From a virus: DNA of 64,000 nucleotides. The position numbers and the translations under genes are program-made. Numbering within the stretch: position 1 is the first letter of the stretch; the number at the start of each line of letters is the position of its first letter. Under the pieces are notes generated by a model, which saw nothing but the letters and a program-made list of their open reading frames with translations, made no database searches and was not told the origin of the DNA. Location: the IMG/VR virus record IMGVR_UViG_3300021964_000016; one strand, given 5' to 3'. Positions 29,924 through 40,340 of this stretch are shown here, in pieces.

Positions 29924-31834
29924 TTACTCGGTGTCAGTGATAACTGCTTTGGAATACGATTCTTCTGCATCAAACTTTACAATACTGTTTCGGACTGAAG
30001 TCACAACAGATTTATTTGCAGGAATAGCATAAAGTTTTATGTAAGATCTTCCCCCTGGAATAGATTGAACATTTAATCCAGTTATAGTAACTGTTCCAGT
30101 AGTTCTATCGTAGGAACCTATATTGTCTACTACGACGTCACCAAAAGAATCGACTATTTCTAAAACGTTAGAAGGTCTAACTTCAAATACTGCGTCTTGT
30201 CCTTCGCCAGAAACACGAACTCTTTCGTTCAATTTGTTTCTTATAAACACTGTTTTATTTTTGTAGGTAAACTCGCTGGTATAGACAGTTTTTGCTTGTT
30301 GTACAACAGGGTCTCTTATTGCGACTGGGAATTTTACAACATAATCTTTTATCTGTGTCAATTGAGGAAATACCCTTCTATTAAGAACAATTTCCGCGCG
30401 AGAAGAGAGCACAGAAGGATCAGTAGCGTCAATATCGGTTAACAGGTTTGACAAACGAAATACTTTACCAAAACTTCCAGTATTTTCTGCAAAATATTCT
30501 TCTACAGAAGTGTTCACAGCTGCTCGTATGTTGGATTGAGTCAATCCTGTCAAAGCAGGATTAAACTGGAAAAACACTTCAGTCGCAATATAAGTTTCTA
30601 CTGGATCTTGGAACCTTAACTGAAAAGATGTTATAGAATATTGTTCTGCTAACTCTAGAATCTTTTGCCTAGTATTAGAAATTGTTTGCGAACTTAGTCC
30701 TGCTTTCCAGACTATAGAAACATATACTGCTCCAAAATCTGGGTCAAGTTCGTCTTGTCCTCCCCAAGATTGTATGTCACTAATAAAAGAAGAATATTTC
30801 TTTAGTATGAGTGCGGTGTAATCGTTAGCAGTTACCATTCTGTTTTGTGAAGAAAATTGATATGGGGCATTTTTTCTTATAGATTCAATAGACTCAACAG
30901 CAGTACCGCCAGAGGAACTTGTCACCGTTTCGAGATTAACTGTATCTAAATTGGGGTCTACGAGATAACTTCCAATGTAGATGTCAGAAGCAAGAACAAG
31001 ACTTTGTATTCCATTTGCTGTTTCTCCGCTATTTCGAAGATAATTAACAGCAACGACGTTTCCTGCCTTTGGTGAAACACCGAGAGTTGTTCCGTTACCA
31101 AAAGACAACTCATAAAATCCATTAGGGGATTCTCTAAGAACATACAACCTAGATTCTTCATCAATCGTTGTAGCGTCAACTAGGTTTTGATAAACAGAAA
31201 ATTCTGAACCTCCGTCTACCTCAGAGGATGCCTGATCTTCAAACACCCTGACAATGGCAGTGCTTATGTCAACTTCTTTGTCGGGGATAACATAAACAGT
31301 ATCTAATGAAGACCCAACCAAAAAGTCTTGTTGTCTCTCTTCTCCTTCGTAGACGAAAATTGTCCCATCAGGGTCGCCCGCAGGATAAAATTTATACGTC
31401 CCATTTTCTAAAAATGCTTCAACAGTTACCCTATTACTAAATGTATAGTCTACCTCGTCTTTTGTTCCACGAAGGACCAACTCACCAGGAAGTAATTTGA
31501 CCTGAGTCGCTAAATTGCTAACCGAGTTTGGAGTTATTGAAAAATTAATAGTGCACTCAGAAGATTTTTTAGAGTCCGGAATATATCCCAAAGATTCCGC
31601 TAAAGAGACAACAGAAGGTCTTAATTGTGCTGTGACTAAAAACGACTCGTTTAATGCAAAATTGGTCAAAAGTGCATTATAATGAGTGTTATATGCAAGA
31701 ACGTCTAAAATATTGTTTATACCAGAACCGTCGAAATCATAATCATTAAATTGCCCACCATCTTTTAAAAAGTTCTTTAAACTTTCTTTAATGGCATTGA
31801 AGTCTAATTCTGTTGATTTTATTGTGGTTGCCAT
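29924..31834 (-). CDS. gp6: Baseplate wedge subunit gp6
   Basis: LDFNAIKESLK..L, FNDYDFDGSG..ILDVLAYNTHY, ESFL.TAQLR.SVVSLA..LGY.P, QNRMVTANDY. Confidence 0.95.
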   Translation of the reverse strand: MATTIKSTELDFNAIKESLKNFLKDGGQFNDYDFDGSGINNILDVLAYNTHYNALLTNFALNESFLVTAQLRPSVVSLAESLGYIPDSKKSSECTINFSITPNSVSNLATQVKLLPGELVLRGTKDEVDYTFSNRVTVEAFLENGTYKFYPAGDPDGTIFVYEGEERQQDFLVGSSLDTVYVIPDKEVDISTAIVRVFEDQASSEVDGGSEFSVYQNLVDATTIDEESRLYVLRESPNGFYELSFGNGTTLGVSPKAGNVVAVNYLRNSGETANGIQSLVLASDIYIGSYLVDPNLDTVNLETVTSSSGGTAVESIESIRKNAPYQFSSQNRMVTANDYTALILKKYSSFISDIQSWGGQDELDPDFGAVYVSIVWKAGLSSQTISNTRQKILELAEQYSITSFQLRFQDPVETYIATEVFFQFNPALTGLTQSNIRAAVNTSVEEYFAENTGSFGKVFRLSNLLTDIDATDPSVLSSRAEIVLNRRVFPQLTQIKDYVVKFPVAIRDPVVQQAKTVYTSEFTYKNKTVFIRNKLNERVRVSGEGQDAVFEVRPSNVLEIVDSFGDVVVDNIGSYDRTTGTVTITGLNVQSIPGGRSYIKLYAIPANKSVVTSVRNSIVKFDAEESYSKAVITDTE

Positions 31835-32358
31835 TATCGTAACCTATTCAAATTTATGGTTGTTGTGACAGTTTCTTCGAAACTTATGTTTTTGATGTTC
31901 AAGTCCAGTTTTATCCTCAAATCATTAGAAGAATACCTAAGAAGATCAGAAGAACCGCTCTCAATAATTTTTTCTCCTTGAAGATAAGTAATATTTTTTA
32001 CTTCAACTCTAGGTTCCCAACGCTGTAGGGTTTTGGTTATTATTCTTGTCACAAAAGGTTCAGAAACTTTGGTACTGCTTTCAAATAAGAGAGATCTCAA
32101 ATTTCCACCAAAACTGGGTTCAAAAGGTTTTTCTTGGGTATTGGTTAACAATATATTTTCGACAGACTGTAGTACAGCAGCAACATCAGTTTTTTTATAA
32201 ATGTCGCCTTTAAAATCTTGCCCAACACCAGAACTGTCGTAACTGGTAGGTGTCCCTGGTTTGGCTGTAAAAGACAAATCAACGTCTGAGTTGAATTTTG
32301 TCTTTCCTGTAAGTAGAGTTTTATTTTTTAACCCTGGAAGTACTCTATTCAGTGCCAT
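31834..32358 (-). CDS. gp25: Baseplate wedge subunit gp25
   Basis: AVLQSVENILLTN..EKPF.P.FG..LR.LLFE, WEPRV; start taken at MALNR. Confidence 0.9.
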   Translation of the reverse strand: MALNRVLPGLKNKTLLTGKTKFNSDVDLSFTAKPGTPTSYDSSGVGQDFKGDIYKKTDVAAVLQSVENILLTNTQEKPFEPSFGGNLRSLLFESSTKVSEPFVTRIITKTLQRWEPRVEVKNITYLQGEKIIESGSSDLLRYSSNDLRIKLDLNIKNISFEETVTTTINLNRLR

Positions 32359-32385
32359 CGGAGGTTCCAATTAATTTACTTCATT

Positions 32386-32393
32386 TATTTATA
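32386..32393 (-). promoter_or_regulatory. T4-type late promoter TATAAATA
   Basis: Exact consensus upstream of gp25. Confidence 0.75.
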
Positions 32394-32399
32394 CGCCAA

Positions 32400-34769
32400 T
32401 TAATCAGATATCTCTACCAAATCGTCCTCAGAAAGTATTCTTCTATTAAAGTACGTTCCAACTTTCATTTGAAAAGAAGTTTTAAAACTTGTGTCTACAG
32501 TTGGCATAACCACAATTAACTGCTGAGACAATATTCCGTCTGGGCGAATAAAGTCGTAATCTAAACTTAATTGATCGTAGAAGAAAGTATCTCTAATATA
32601 CAAAGAGAGGTCAAAGGTGGCACTGTAGTCAATCTTGCCCCTTGAGTTGAACAGCGTGTATACAACAGCGCGTCCTTCATACTTCAATTGATTGATTGTT
32701 GGTCTGCCTGTGATCAAAGAAATTTGCGTCGAACCGCCATCTTCTTTTCTATAGGGTTCTCTCCAATAACGAGCAGTTGGTTGTTCTTTTGATGCATCAT
32801 ATGCTTCCCTGATACCGCTGGCAGGGTGATAATATCCTTCTGTAACTTGTAGTCTATGTCGACCAAACTCATTAGAGGAGGCAATACCTTCCATCAACCA
32901 AGCATGCAAGTACCACTGCCTTGCTAAGTTTTGTCTTTGATCAAACAGCGGCACAAAATCTAGTGAAGTTTTAGATCCAGGTGCACCGAGGAATTTAGAA
33001 ACAGTACAAGACTTAGATAGTTTTGTGTTGCTTGTTATTGGTGTGCTGTTTTTATCTGGATTATAAACTGGATCTGCCAAAATAGTTCTGACAGAAGAAA
33101 CTTTGTTCTTTGGCAAAAACGTTTTAGAAGACCTTTCTACAGGGTTCCCGAGTAGACTGTATCCAAACTTTGCTGTAGGTTGTGCCTGTCCTGTCCTCTT
33201 AATTTCGTATGGGGCAGGAGGAAGCGGCAACGTATAGTGAGGGTGTATTCTGTTTTCGTCAAGAAGAGATTGAATACACTTGGCGCCATCGGTCTGTTTC
33301 TCTGGCGAAGTTTGTGCATCGTTAGCACCGTCCATCGTACGCAATTTAGAGCGAATCTCTTGGGTGGTTGGTGTCCAGTTAAAGTAATACGTGTACGAAT
33401 CAATCTTCGCAATCTTATCTTCGATCGTGTTATCTTCGTCAACAAGTACCTTACGAACAGCAAACGGAGACGTCTTCAAGTAAACGTCGTTCCAATCTCC
33501 TGTTGTTGAATAGTTTGGCGAAACGTTAGCACCCACCCTGCCTTCTATTTGCGGTCCAGCAGTGTTTGTGTCGTCGACGTTCCATCCCCAGTCAAATTGA
33601 TAGGTTGGGTCAGATGTTAATGTAGGCGAACCATCGTGTGCTGTTGTGCTTGTCGGATCATATCCAACTGCATCAACAGTGCCAGGTACATTACCACCAG
33701 GGTCTGCCACTGGTGAACTTACTGCCTGAAATGCATGGAAACAATACTTAGAAGTATCTGCCTTAGTAGCATAACTCGATCGATGTGCCCAGTGAGACTC
33801 GTCTGCGTACAGAGCAAACTTCGCTGTCCACGCCTCCAGAGCGCGTCCTACAAGGTTTCCTTGGAATACCGTAGCACTACCATTATCGTCGTCTGGACCT
33901 GTGTAGAGAGACCCTACGAAGTGCATATTAGACCCACCGATCTTTCCTGTTGGGGCAACAACCGTTACATCTTTCGAAGAGAGCACTGCCTGATTTCCTG
34001 ACGCAACATGCCAACCGTCCTCTGCTGTCGCCCTCACGTTTCTACCAGCATTGACGATATGATCTTTTTTCGCGATAACTCTAATGTCTTTTTTACCAAC
34101 AATCTTTACATCGCTAGAATAAAAATCAAACGTGTCTCCCCAAACTTTTGTGTCCTTGTTACCACGAACAATTGTGCTATGGGTATCACCAGTTTCAGTA
34201 ATTAACGAACCATGAGTTGACTGATTGTAATTTGCGCCGACGTTCACGTTCATAGTCCCGCCAACTTCAACATTATAGTTTCCATTAACAACAAGGTTTA
34301 GGTCTCCGTCATAGGTTAAATTTCCTTGACCAGAAACTACTAATTCGTGATCAGCACCAGCAACCTGTACTTGGTGCGACCTAGAGACCACAACAACAGA
34401 ACCGTCCTGTTTAAGTTCTACTCCAGCACCTGTGTGGTGCTTCAACAGTATTCTTTCGTTCCCTGGAGTATCGTCTATTTCAAACGAATGTCCAGAGGGA
34501 GTGGTGTTTGCTTGATTAAATGGGTAGATTGAAGGCGAAGCATAAGGAACGTCAAAGTTTACGCCAAGAGTAGATCCACCTAAACGAAGGTCGTTTATTT
34601 GAATACCACGTGCTGAAGCACTTACACTAGGAGAGAACCAGTTAGAACGGAGAGGGTATTCGCCTGTTGGATCTGACATACCGTCTCGAGAGATACCAAC
34701 GCTGAACTCTCTTTCAACACCGTTTTCTTTTGCCAGACGGTCTTCAATTTTGTTATTTGTTGTTGTCAA
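32400..34769 (-). CDS. gp5 C-terminal part (spike beta-helix) with degenerate peptidase M15-like C-terminal region
   Basis: DPTGEYP, YPFNQ..TPSGHSFEIDDTPGNERI..H..G, VxG/VGG beta-helix repeats; C-terminal KLSK..TV...VTEGYY...GRA...YDQL. Confidence 0.8.
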   Translation of the reverse strand: MTTTNNKIEDRLAKENGVEREFSVGISRDGMSDPTGEYPLRSNWFSPSVSASARGIQINDLRLGGSTLGVNFDVPYASPSIYPFNQANTTPSGHSFEIDDTPGNERILLKHHTGAGVELKQDGSVVVVSRSHQVQVAGADHELVVSGQGNLTYDGDLNLVVNGNYNVEVGGTMNVNVGANYNQSTHGSLITETGDTHSTIVRGNKDTKVWGDTFDFYSSDVKIVGKKDIRVIAKKDHIVNAGRNVRATAEDGWHVASGNQAVLSSKDVTVVAPTGKIGGSNMHFVGSLYTGPDDDNGSATVFQGNLVGRALEAWTAKFALYADESHWAHRSSYATKADTSKYCFHAFQAVSSPVADPGGNVPGTVDAVGYDPTSTTAHDGSPTLTSDPTYQFDWGWNVDDTNTAGPQIEGRVGANVSPNYSTTGDWNDVYLKTSPFAVRKVLVDEDNTIEDKIAKIDSYTYYFNWTPTTQEIRSKLRTMDGANDAQTSPEKQTDGAKCIQSLLDENRIHPHYTLPLPPAPYEIKRTGQAQPTAKFGYSLLGNPVERSSKTFLPKNKVSSVRTILADPVYNPDKNSTPITSNTKLSKSCTVSKFLGAPGSKTSLDFVPLFDQRQNLARQWYLHAWLMEGIASSNEFGRHRLQVTEGYYHPASGIREAYDASKEQPTARYWREPYRKEDGGSTQISLITGRPTINQLKYEGRAVVYTLFNSRGKIDYSATFDLSLYIRDTFFYDQLSLDYDFIRPDGILSQQLIVVMPTVDTSFKTSFQMKVGTYFNRRILSEDDLVEISD

Positions 34770-36262
34770 AACTTCTTCTCCATAACGTCTGGATCTTTTT
34801 CAAGTGCATCTATCTCGGAATTAGTTTCTTCAAGTTTTGCTAAAATATCATCTGGTGTAAACCCTGCTTGATTAATTGGGTCAGTGTACAAACTTAATTT
34901 ATTAAAGTTGTTGAAAACGTAAGTCCGAACATCAAACCCTGGATCTTCTTGTGTTGGGTCTATGTCCATATGCCCGAGTGCCTGTCCTCCTGGGAACTGA
35001 CTAAAAAATACTCTCATAATTTGATAAAAAGTATTATACTGAGATCTACTAATCGATCTTGTAGAAGCAACTTCGTAAAGGTTTGATGCTCCAGTAGAAA
35101 CGTTCAACCCCCCAACGAAACAGATTCCTATTGAGTGTTCGTCATGTCCATTTAGGTCGCAATGCTTTCCTGCTTTATTCAAAGGGACGCCCCTCTCAAC
35201 AGAACCGTCTCTACGAATAATAAGATGATAAGCATTATCACCTGCTCCCGTTAGTTCTGTGAGTTGAGAAGCACTAAGGTTGGCGTTTGTGAAAGTCTCT
35301 GACCAATGCACTATGACTTCGCTTATGCCTCTCGTGATGCTAGACATCTCTGCCTCAAGTTCTTCTATAGAAGAAATAAAAGAACCTTCTGCGTCTATAG
35401 TATCTACGTCAATAATATATGGGTTTGGTCCTGGCAAATCGGTCGTGTTGTCAATAGTTCCCGCGATGGTGCCCCTAGTTGACGACATCAAAGACTGCAA
35501 AGAACCAGTACTAGCATTAGTCCCGCTTGCTGCTTTCACATAAGAAGCAGCAAAGGTATCTCTCTGAGAAGGACTTAGGTCGTCAAGGTCTACATTACCC
35601 AAAGGATCTGCCACAGAGGTCACAAGGTCTTTGATTTCTGGATCTGTGAGAAGGGGGGCAAAAGAAGGAGGAAGATCAGTGAACAGATTTATTTCGCCAG
35701 AACCTTTTAAAAAAGTGGCAACAACTCTTGGTGATATATTAGATAATTCTAACGGAGAGAGCAAGGTGCCCAAAGAAGCATTAATAGACGCTACAACATC
35801 TCCTGTAATTTGTTCTGCTATTTGAGCAAGAGATCCACTGATCCCCAAAGAACCCAAAACTGCGCCAACCCCTCCTGTGACTTCAAGTAATCTTCTTTCA
35901 TAGTAATTAATAAAACTGTTTAATGCGTCTGCAATAACCGTATCAAGGTTTAATATTCCTCCTCCAATTTGCCCAAATACAGAATTGGACTTCAATACAT
36001 CGATCAAGGTGTTTTTGTTCATAGAAGGGGTGAAGGGAAGCATCAAGTCGGCAACTGTATCATAAATTTCTCCAGGAATATTCCCAGGAATATTTGTATC
36101 GATACCTCGCAAAGCATCAGAAATAATCTTTACAATTTGTGTTCTGACAATATCGGGCATCGACCCACCAGAAAATATACCAAGACTGCTCGACAATCCT
36201 GAGGCATTTCTTATACCTTCAGCAATGTACTGGTTGTAAGTTGATTGATTAAGAATTGCCAT
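34766..36262 (-). CDS. Virion-associated N-acetylmuramoyl-L-alanine amidase (Amidase_2, T7-lysozyme-like) with long N-terminal extension
   Basis: VIVHWS, YHLIIRRDGSVERG, G.H..GH...SIGICFVGG, GHMDI...DPGFDV. Confidence 0.85.
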   Translation of the reverse strand: MAILNQSTYNQYIAEGIRNASGLSSSLGIFSGGSMPDIVRTQIVKIISDALRGIDTNIPGNIPGEIYDTVADLMLPFTPSMNKNTLIDVLKSNSVFGQIGGGILNLDTVIADALNSFINYYERRLLEVTGGVGAVLGSLGISGSLAQIAEQITGDVVASINASLGTLLSPLELSNISPRVVATFLKGSGEINLFTDLPPSFAPLLTDPEIKDLVTSVADPLGNVDLDDLSPSQRDTFAASYVKAASGTNASTGSLQSLMSSTRGTIAGTIDNTTDLPGPNPYIIDVDTIDAEGSFISSIEELEAEMSSITRGISEVIVHWSETFTNANLSASQLTELTGAGDNAYHLIIRRDGSVERGVPLNKAGKHCDLNGHDEHSIGICFVGGLNVSTGASNLYEVASTRSISRSQYNTFYQIMRVFFSQFPGGQALGHMDIDPTQEDPGFDVRTYVFNNFNKLSLYTDPINQAGFTPDDILAKLEETNSEIDALEKDPDVMEKKF

Positions 36263-37175
36263 CAGATGGAGTCTCGTTCAGCGGAGAAATATAGTCAAGA
36301 ATTGCTCTACGGTTTTCTTGAGAGATAGTTAGTCCGTTATTTGCTTGAGGCGGATATGTGTTATTCAAAGTAACAGGTCCAGGAAGAGTTCCGTCAAACA
36401 TTCCGTTGTCTCCGTCAAGGGATTGTAATAAGGTGTTAATACTCTGTGGTTGGCCAGAATTAATGATAATAAATGGATAGTTGTTTCTTTCGTTGTCTAA
36501 TCCGTAGATAGTTGCATCGTTAAACTCAGATGGAGTTGTTGAGGTAGCAGCTGCTTCAGCGTTTCTTTTAGTAGAAGTTTCTTTATAAGAACTTGTCTTG
36601 GTTGGAGAAGAACCTGACCTTATTATCGTATCATACCACCAATGCCCAGATTCGTCGCCATCTCCAGTAGGAGTATCGCTAGAAAAGTTCCACTTATATC
36701 CTTGGATAACATCACTTCCGTCTTGAGTTTCGTTGAACGTTCCCTTTTGAGAAGTTGTAGCAACCAAAAAATGTTGTCCTGCGATAGTGCTTGCATCTGC
36801 TTCTCTTGATGTTGGCGCAAATTCGTCTCCGACAATAGCATTTCCTGGATTATCTTCGGTGGAAGGAATTTCCATCTCACCATGAATATAAAGAATACCA
36901 GTACCATAAGTTATATGGTCTATGTCTGGAACTTCTTCAGTAACTGCTTGCCAACCATCTTGTCTTTGGGCAACGTTTGGGTCGCTCGGGTCAGCAGTGT
37001 TTAGACTACCAAATCTCTCAAAATCTCGGTTAGAATATCTGCCAATATTTGACATATTGGCGATGAACCATTCTCGAATTCTAGCAGCATGACCTTCTCT
37101 GAGGTCGTCCAATCCGACGCGATCATAGAGGTTGCGAATGTAACTTGAAATTTCAGATAAGTTTAAGAGTGCCAT
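36249..37175 (-). CDS. Hypothetical protein in split gp5 locus (308 aa)
   Basis: Translationally coupled between gp5-N and amidase. Confidence 0.6.
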   Translation of the reverse strand: MALLNLSEISSYIRNLYDRVGLDDLREGHAARIREWFIANMSNIGRYSNRDFERFGSLNTADPSDPNVAQRQDGWQAVTEEVPDIDHITYGTGILYIHGEMEIPSTEDNPGNAIVGDEFAPTSREADASTIAGQHFLVATTSQKGTFNETQDGSDVIQGYKWNFSSDTPTGDGDESGHWWYDTIIRSGSSPTKTSSYKETSTKRNAEAAATSTTPSEFNDATIYGLDNERNNYPFIIINSGQPQSINTLLQSLDGDNGMFDGTLPGPVTLNNTYPPQANNGLTISQENRRAILDYISPLNETPSDGNS

Positions 37176-38089
37176 TACCTTGCCCCAAGTCCTTTATATA
37201 TTTCTTCTGCTTTAGTTTCTGCATCTGATTGGCTGCAAGTTGTAAGAGGGTGCACATAATACTTAACTAAAGCAGCAACTTGGCCATTGCCCTTGGTTTC
37301 TATTCCGTCTATCTTTTCACCAGTTAGGTTTCCCTTTATCTCTCGTGCGCGCGATATTTTTGTAAGAGCAGTAGACCTTGTGCTTCTCATTTCGTGCATA
37401 ACATAAATTAATTGACCTTCAAAATCGTTTATACTTCGAGAGGGAGCAAGTCTGTTTGTGTATGCAACAAACCTAGAATAACGAGGCGTATTTAGTGGCC
37501 AACCAGCAAGTCCAAAACCATTAGAATTTTGCGCGGGGTCCAGTCCGCTTATTTCTTGTAAGACCCCAGTGATAGAACTTGCCTGCTTTGCGTTTAATCC
37601 ATTGTCAATAAAAAACCTAGCAACGTCAGAAGCAGGAAGCGGTCCAGTATCATCAGGTTGTCTTGGATTATAGAAAACTGGGTCTTGTAGTTGTGCATTA
37701 GATTGTGTGAAAATGTAAGTAAAAGGATTGGTAGACGGGTCTTGCCTGTTGGCTGCCTGAACTGCTGATGGGTACTCTACTCTGGGGAGAGAACCCATAA
37801 CCAGAGGCAGTTGTGAATGTGCGCCATCTAAAAACATACCAAAAACTAAAGTTCCTGGAAGTATTTGACAATGAGTCCCTAACCCAGACCCGCCATAAGT
37901 ATCGCTTGGGGTCATAACTTGCGCCCAAGGCAAATCGTTCTGAGGGATATCGTTTACGTCTCTTGAATGAATACCGTGCACGCGAATTTTAATTCTTCCC
38001 TCATATCCATATGGAGGAGAATTGTCTATCACGGTGGCGACAAACCAACGAAAATCGTCGCCATAGTATTCTGTGTTTAAAGGTCTCAT
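37175..38089 (-). CDS. gp5: gp5 N-terminal OB-fold fused to a phage-tail-lysozyme-like domain
   Basis: FRWF.A.V.D.....GRIKIRVHGIH..LPWAQV..P..VFG.FLDG..SQ.P.VMG; C-terminal GL...QA..I.G....SGL.P...GLA.W...R. Confidence 0.85.
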   Translation of the reverse strand: MRPLNTEYYGDDFRWFVATVIDNSPPYGYEGRIKIRVHGIHSRDVNDIPQNDLPWAQVMTPSDTYGGSGLGTHCQILPGTLVFGMFLDGAHSQLPLVMGSLPRVEYPSAVQAANRQDPSTNPFTYIFTQSNAQLQDPVFYNPRQPDDTGPLPASDVARFFIDNGLNAKQASSITGVLQEISGLDPAQNSNGFGLAGWPLNTPRYSRFVAYTNRLAPSRSINDFEGQLIYVMHEMRSTRSTALTKISRAREIKGNLTGEKIDGIETKGNGQVAALVKYYVHPLTTCSQSDAETKAEEIYKGLGAR

Positions 38090-39468
38090 ACTAGTTTCGG
38101 TGGTCTGGTTGCAATCTTAGAAACGGAAGCAACGATTTCGTGAACCGTGCCTCTGAAAATATTTCTACACTTGTGTATTAAAAATAACCCAGAAAGGTCT
38201 TCATTGTATACTGTTCCGTCGTCTGTATCTACGTCTGAGTTAAGGAAGTCAATATAAACCGTATCCCCGACACTGACGCCAGAATTTCCATTACCTAGTT
38301 GCGCAAAAAACGATATGCCAGGAATTGTTATGTCAATCATATTCTTGTTAAACATACTTCTGACAGAGGGTGCTCTAAGTTTATTTAATGCTTCAGAAGC
38401 ATCTTGAACATCGTGGTAACTATTAAAAGAACCATATGTTCCAAAAGAAGTTATAGTGTTAAAATATCTTGCGTCCAACTGATCTAGAGTTCTAGTATTG
38501 TTACCGTATGTCAATTCTTGTTTTTCGTCAAAAACGTTTTGTTCGGCACCAAAAGGAATAGAACGCATAGTTGATAACCTTTCTAATTGGTCTGTTATCG
38601 CATAATGACGATCAAATTCTTGTCCCGTATAGGTATCTACAGTTTGCAATCTTGCACCAACAGCACCTTCGTGAACCATTTTCAATGTGTCTTGTATGTT
38701 TTCCACTCTCAACTTTTTCACGGTAACTGCTTGCTCCGCTAAGGGAAGAGCAGCAACTTTTTGTGCTCGTGCAGCAGAATATATTAAAGGTTTTTCTGGA
38801 TTAAAAGCAGGAGCATTCAACATGAACTCGAGACTACCAACCCTTAAAGTGTCTCTGCCTTCTACCTGATCATAGATTGTTTGCCAGATATAGAAAGGCG
38901 ACCCAATCATAGTAGTTGCTCTTTGCATTAACCATTCAGCAGATTCTAAGGGACTAATATAAGGTGTAAGAACTTTTACAGGTTTCTGCATAGAAGTCCA
39001 GGCACCCATGTAAGAGATGTCAACATCAACGTCCAAGTGATTTTTTAAGATCCCCATAGCAATATTTTCAAGTTTTCCTGTGTATGCTCTGGAAATTTTG
39101 ATATTTGCATCTCTGTAAGCATGGGGAGAAATACAATTCAAATGGTAGATCTCAGACCTATCACCAACTTTGTTGGTTTGTATGATAGAGACTATATTCA
39201 TAATCATAGTGAATCTTAAATCACCAACTGATTGATCTGCTGCTTCAACAGTAAGACGTATTTGTTCTGACCCGCGAATCTTAACTTCATCGAATAACCC
39301 TATGTCGTCCATACACACAATCTGTGCGGTAACATACGGTCTTTCTATATCTTCAAAAAAAGAAAGTTCTCCGATATAGTTTGTGATGTTATATTCATCT
39401 TGCAACCTTTCGGCGAAGATAGTTGCCTCACTGATCTTAAATTCTTGAGAATTTACATTCTGCGTCAT
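38086..39468 (-). CDS. Baseplate hub protein, gp27-like
   Basis: FFEDI..P...D..G, P.ES..WL, I.IPG....VGD, LSGLFLI...R..F motifs; position before gp5. Confidence 0.65.
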   Translation of the reverse strand: MTQNVNSQEFKISEATIFAERLQDEYNITNYIGELSFFEDIERPYVTAQIVCMDDIGLFDEVKIRGSEQIRLTVEAADQSVGDLRFTMIMNIVSIIQTNKVGDRSEIYHLNCISPHAYRDANIKISRAYTGKLENIAMGILKNHLDVDVDISYMGAWTSMQKPVKVLTPYISPLESAEWLMQRATTMIGSPFYIWQTIYDQVEGRDTLRVGSLEFMLNAPAFNPEKPLIYSAARAQKVAALPLAEQAVTVKKLRVENIQDTLKMVHEGAVGARLQTVDTYTGQEFDRHYAITDQLERLSTMRSIPFGAEQNVFDEKQELTYGNNTRTLDQLDARYFNTITSFGTYGSFNSYHDVQDASEALNKLRAPSVRSMFNKNMIDITIPGISFFAQLGNGNSGVSVGDTVYIDFLNSDVDTDDGTVYNEDLSGLFLIHKCRNIFRGTVHEIVASVSKIATRPPKLV

Positions 39469-39470
39469 TT

Positions 39471-40340
39471 TTATCTCAATTTCAACAACTGGTTGAATTC
39501 TGTCACAACCTGTAACACGACTGGTTTCTTCAGAACTTTTATGGAACGAAGTTCTTCATTAAAATCTCTCATTCTTTGAAAATAGGAAATTGATTGATAT
39601 GACGAAACACTGTTCCATTGAAAACGGTAATCGGGGGGTCCATTATAAGTTGGGTACACCCAGTTTCCATCTGCGTCTTCATAATGGTGTATAGCATCCC
39701 ATTGATTATACGCTCTATGAATTTCGGTTCTATCATACCTTTTTAGGTATTCGTCGTTGGTTAAAGTTGGTGAAAAATTAGTAAACCCAGAAGTATTAAC
39801 TGCTTTCGCGTCATTTTCAGAAATAGCATACATAAAGGATTCTTCAGCAGGAATGCTTTTTATATCAAGATACAATGTTGCTAAGTTTTGATCAATTCGA
39901 AGTATTTTTGCTGCTACTTTATTGACAGGAAAATAAACCCATTTGCCTGAAGAAAATCCAAGAGACCTTGACATAGGTTTATTCGTTACTGTTTCTTGAT
40001 TAAACGAAGTACCAGTTGTTGTTATCGCGACATTAGGGTAATACTGCTTTGCTTTGTTATAAACCTGAGAATTGTCTATTGGCCAACCACAACGACGGGT
40101 TTTTTCGTTTATGAGAAAGAACGTCCAATAAAAATCTGTGGTGCCATACAACTCAAAAGAAATTTGATCTGGTCTTTGGTGATCTTTTATTTGATAATTT
40201 TGATAGTACGCATCAAATTCGCCCAATTGCTCAAACGCATCAATGTATACGCTTAAATTTTGATAATTTACAGGAAGTTCTCCGTCACCAAAACTATATG
40301 GAACTTTAGGGAACTTTTGAAAAAATTTAGTAACTGCCAT
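39471..40340 (-). CDS. gp53: Baseplate wedge subunit gp53
   Basis: FF..FP.V.Y, Y.I....RPDQISFELYG...YW.FFLIN, WP, NE..R.IK.LK. Confidence 0.9.
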   Translation of the reverse strand: MAVTKFFQKFPKVPYSFGDGELPVNYQNLSVYIDAFEQLGEFDAYYQNYQIKDHQRPDQISFELYGTTDFYWTFFLINEKTRRCGWPIDNSQVYNKAKQYYPNVAITTTGTSFNQETVTNKPMSRSLGFSSGKWVYFPVNKVAAKILRIDQNLATLYLDIKSIPAEESFMYAISENDAKAVNTSGFTNFSPTLTNDEYLKRYDRTEIHRAYNQWDAIHHYEDADGNWVYPTYNGPPDYRFQWNSVSSYQSISYFQRMRDFNEELRSIKVLKKPVVLQVVTEFNQLLKLR

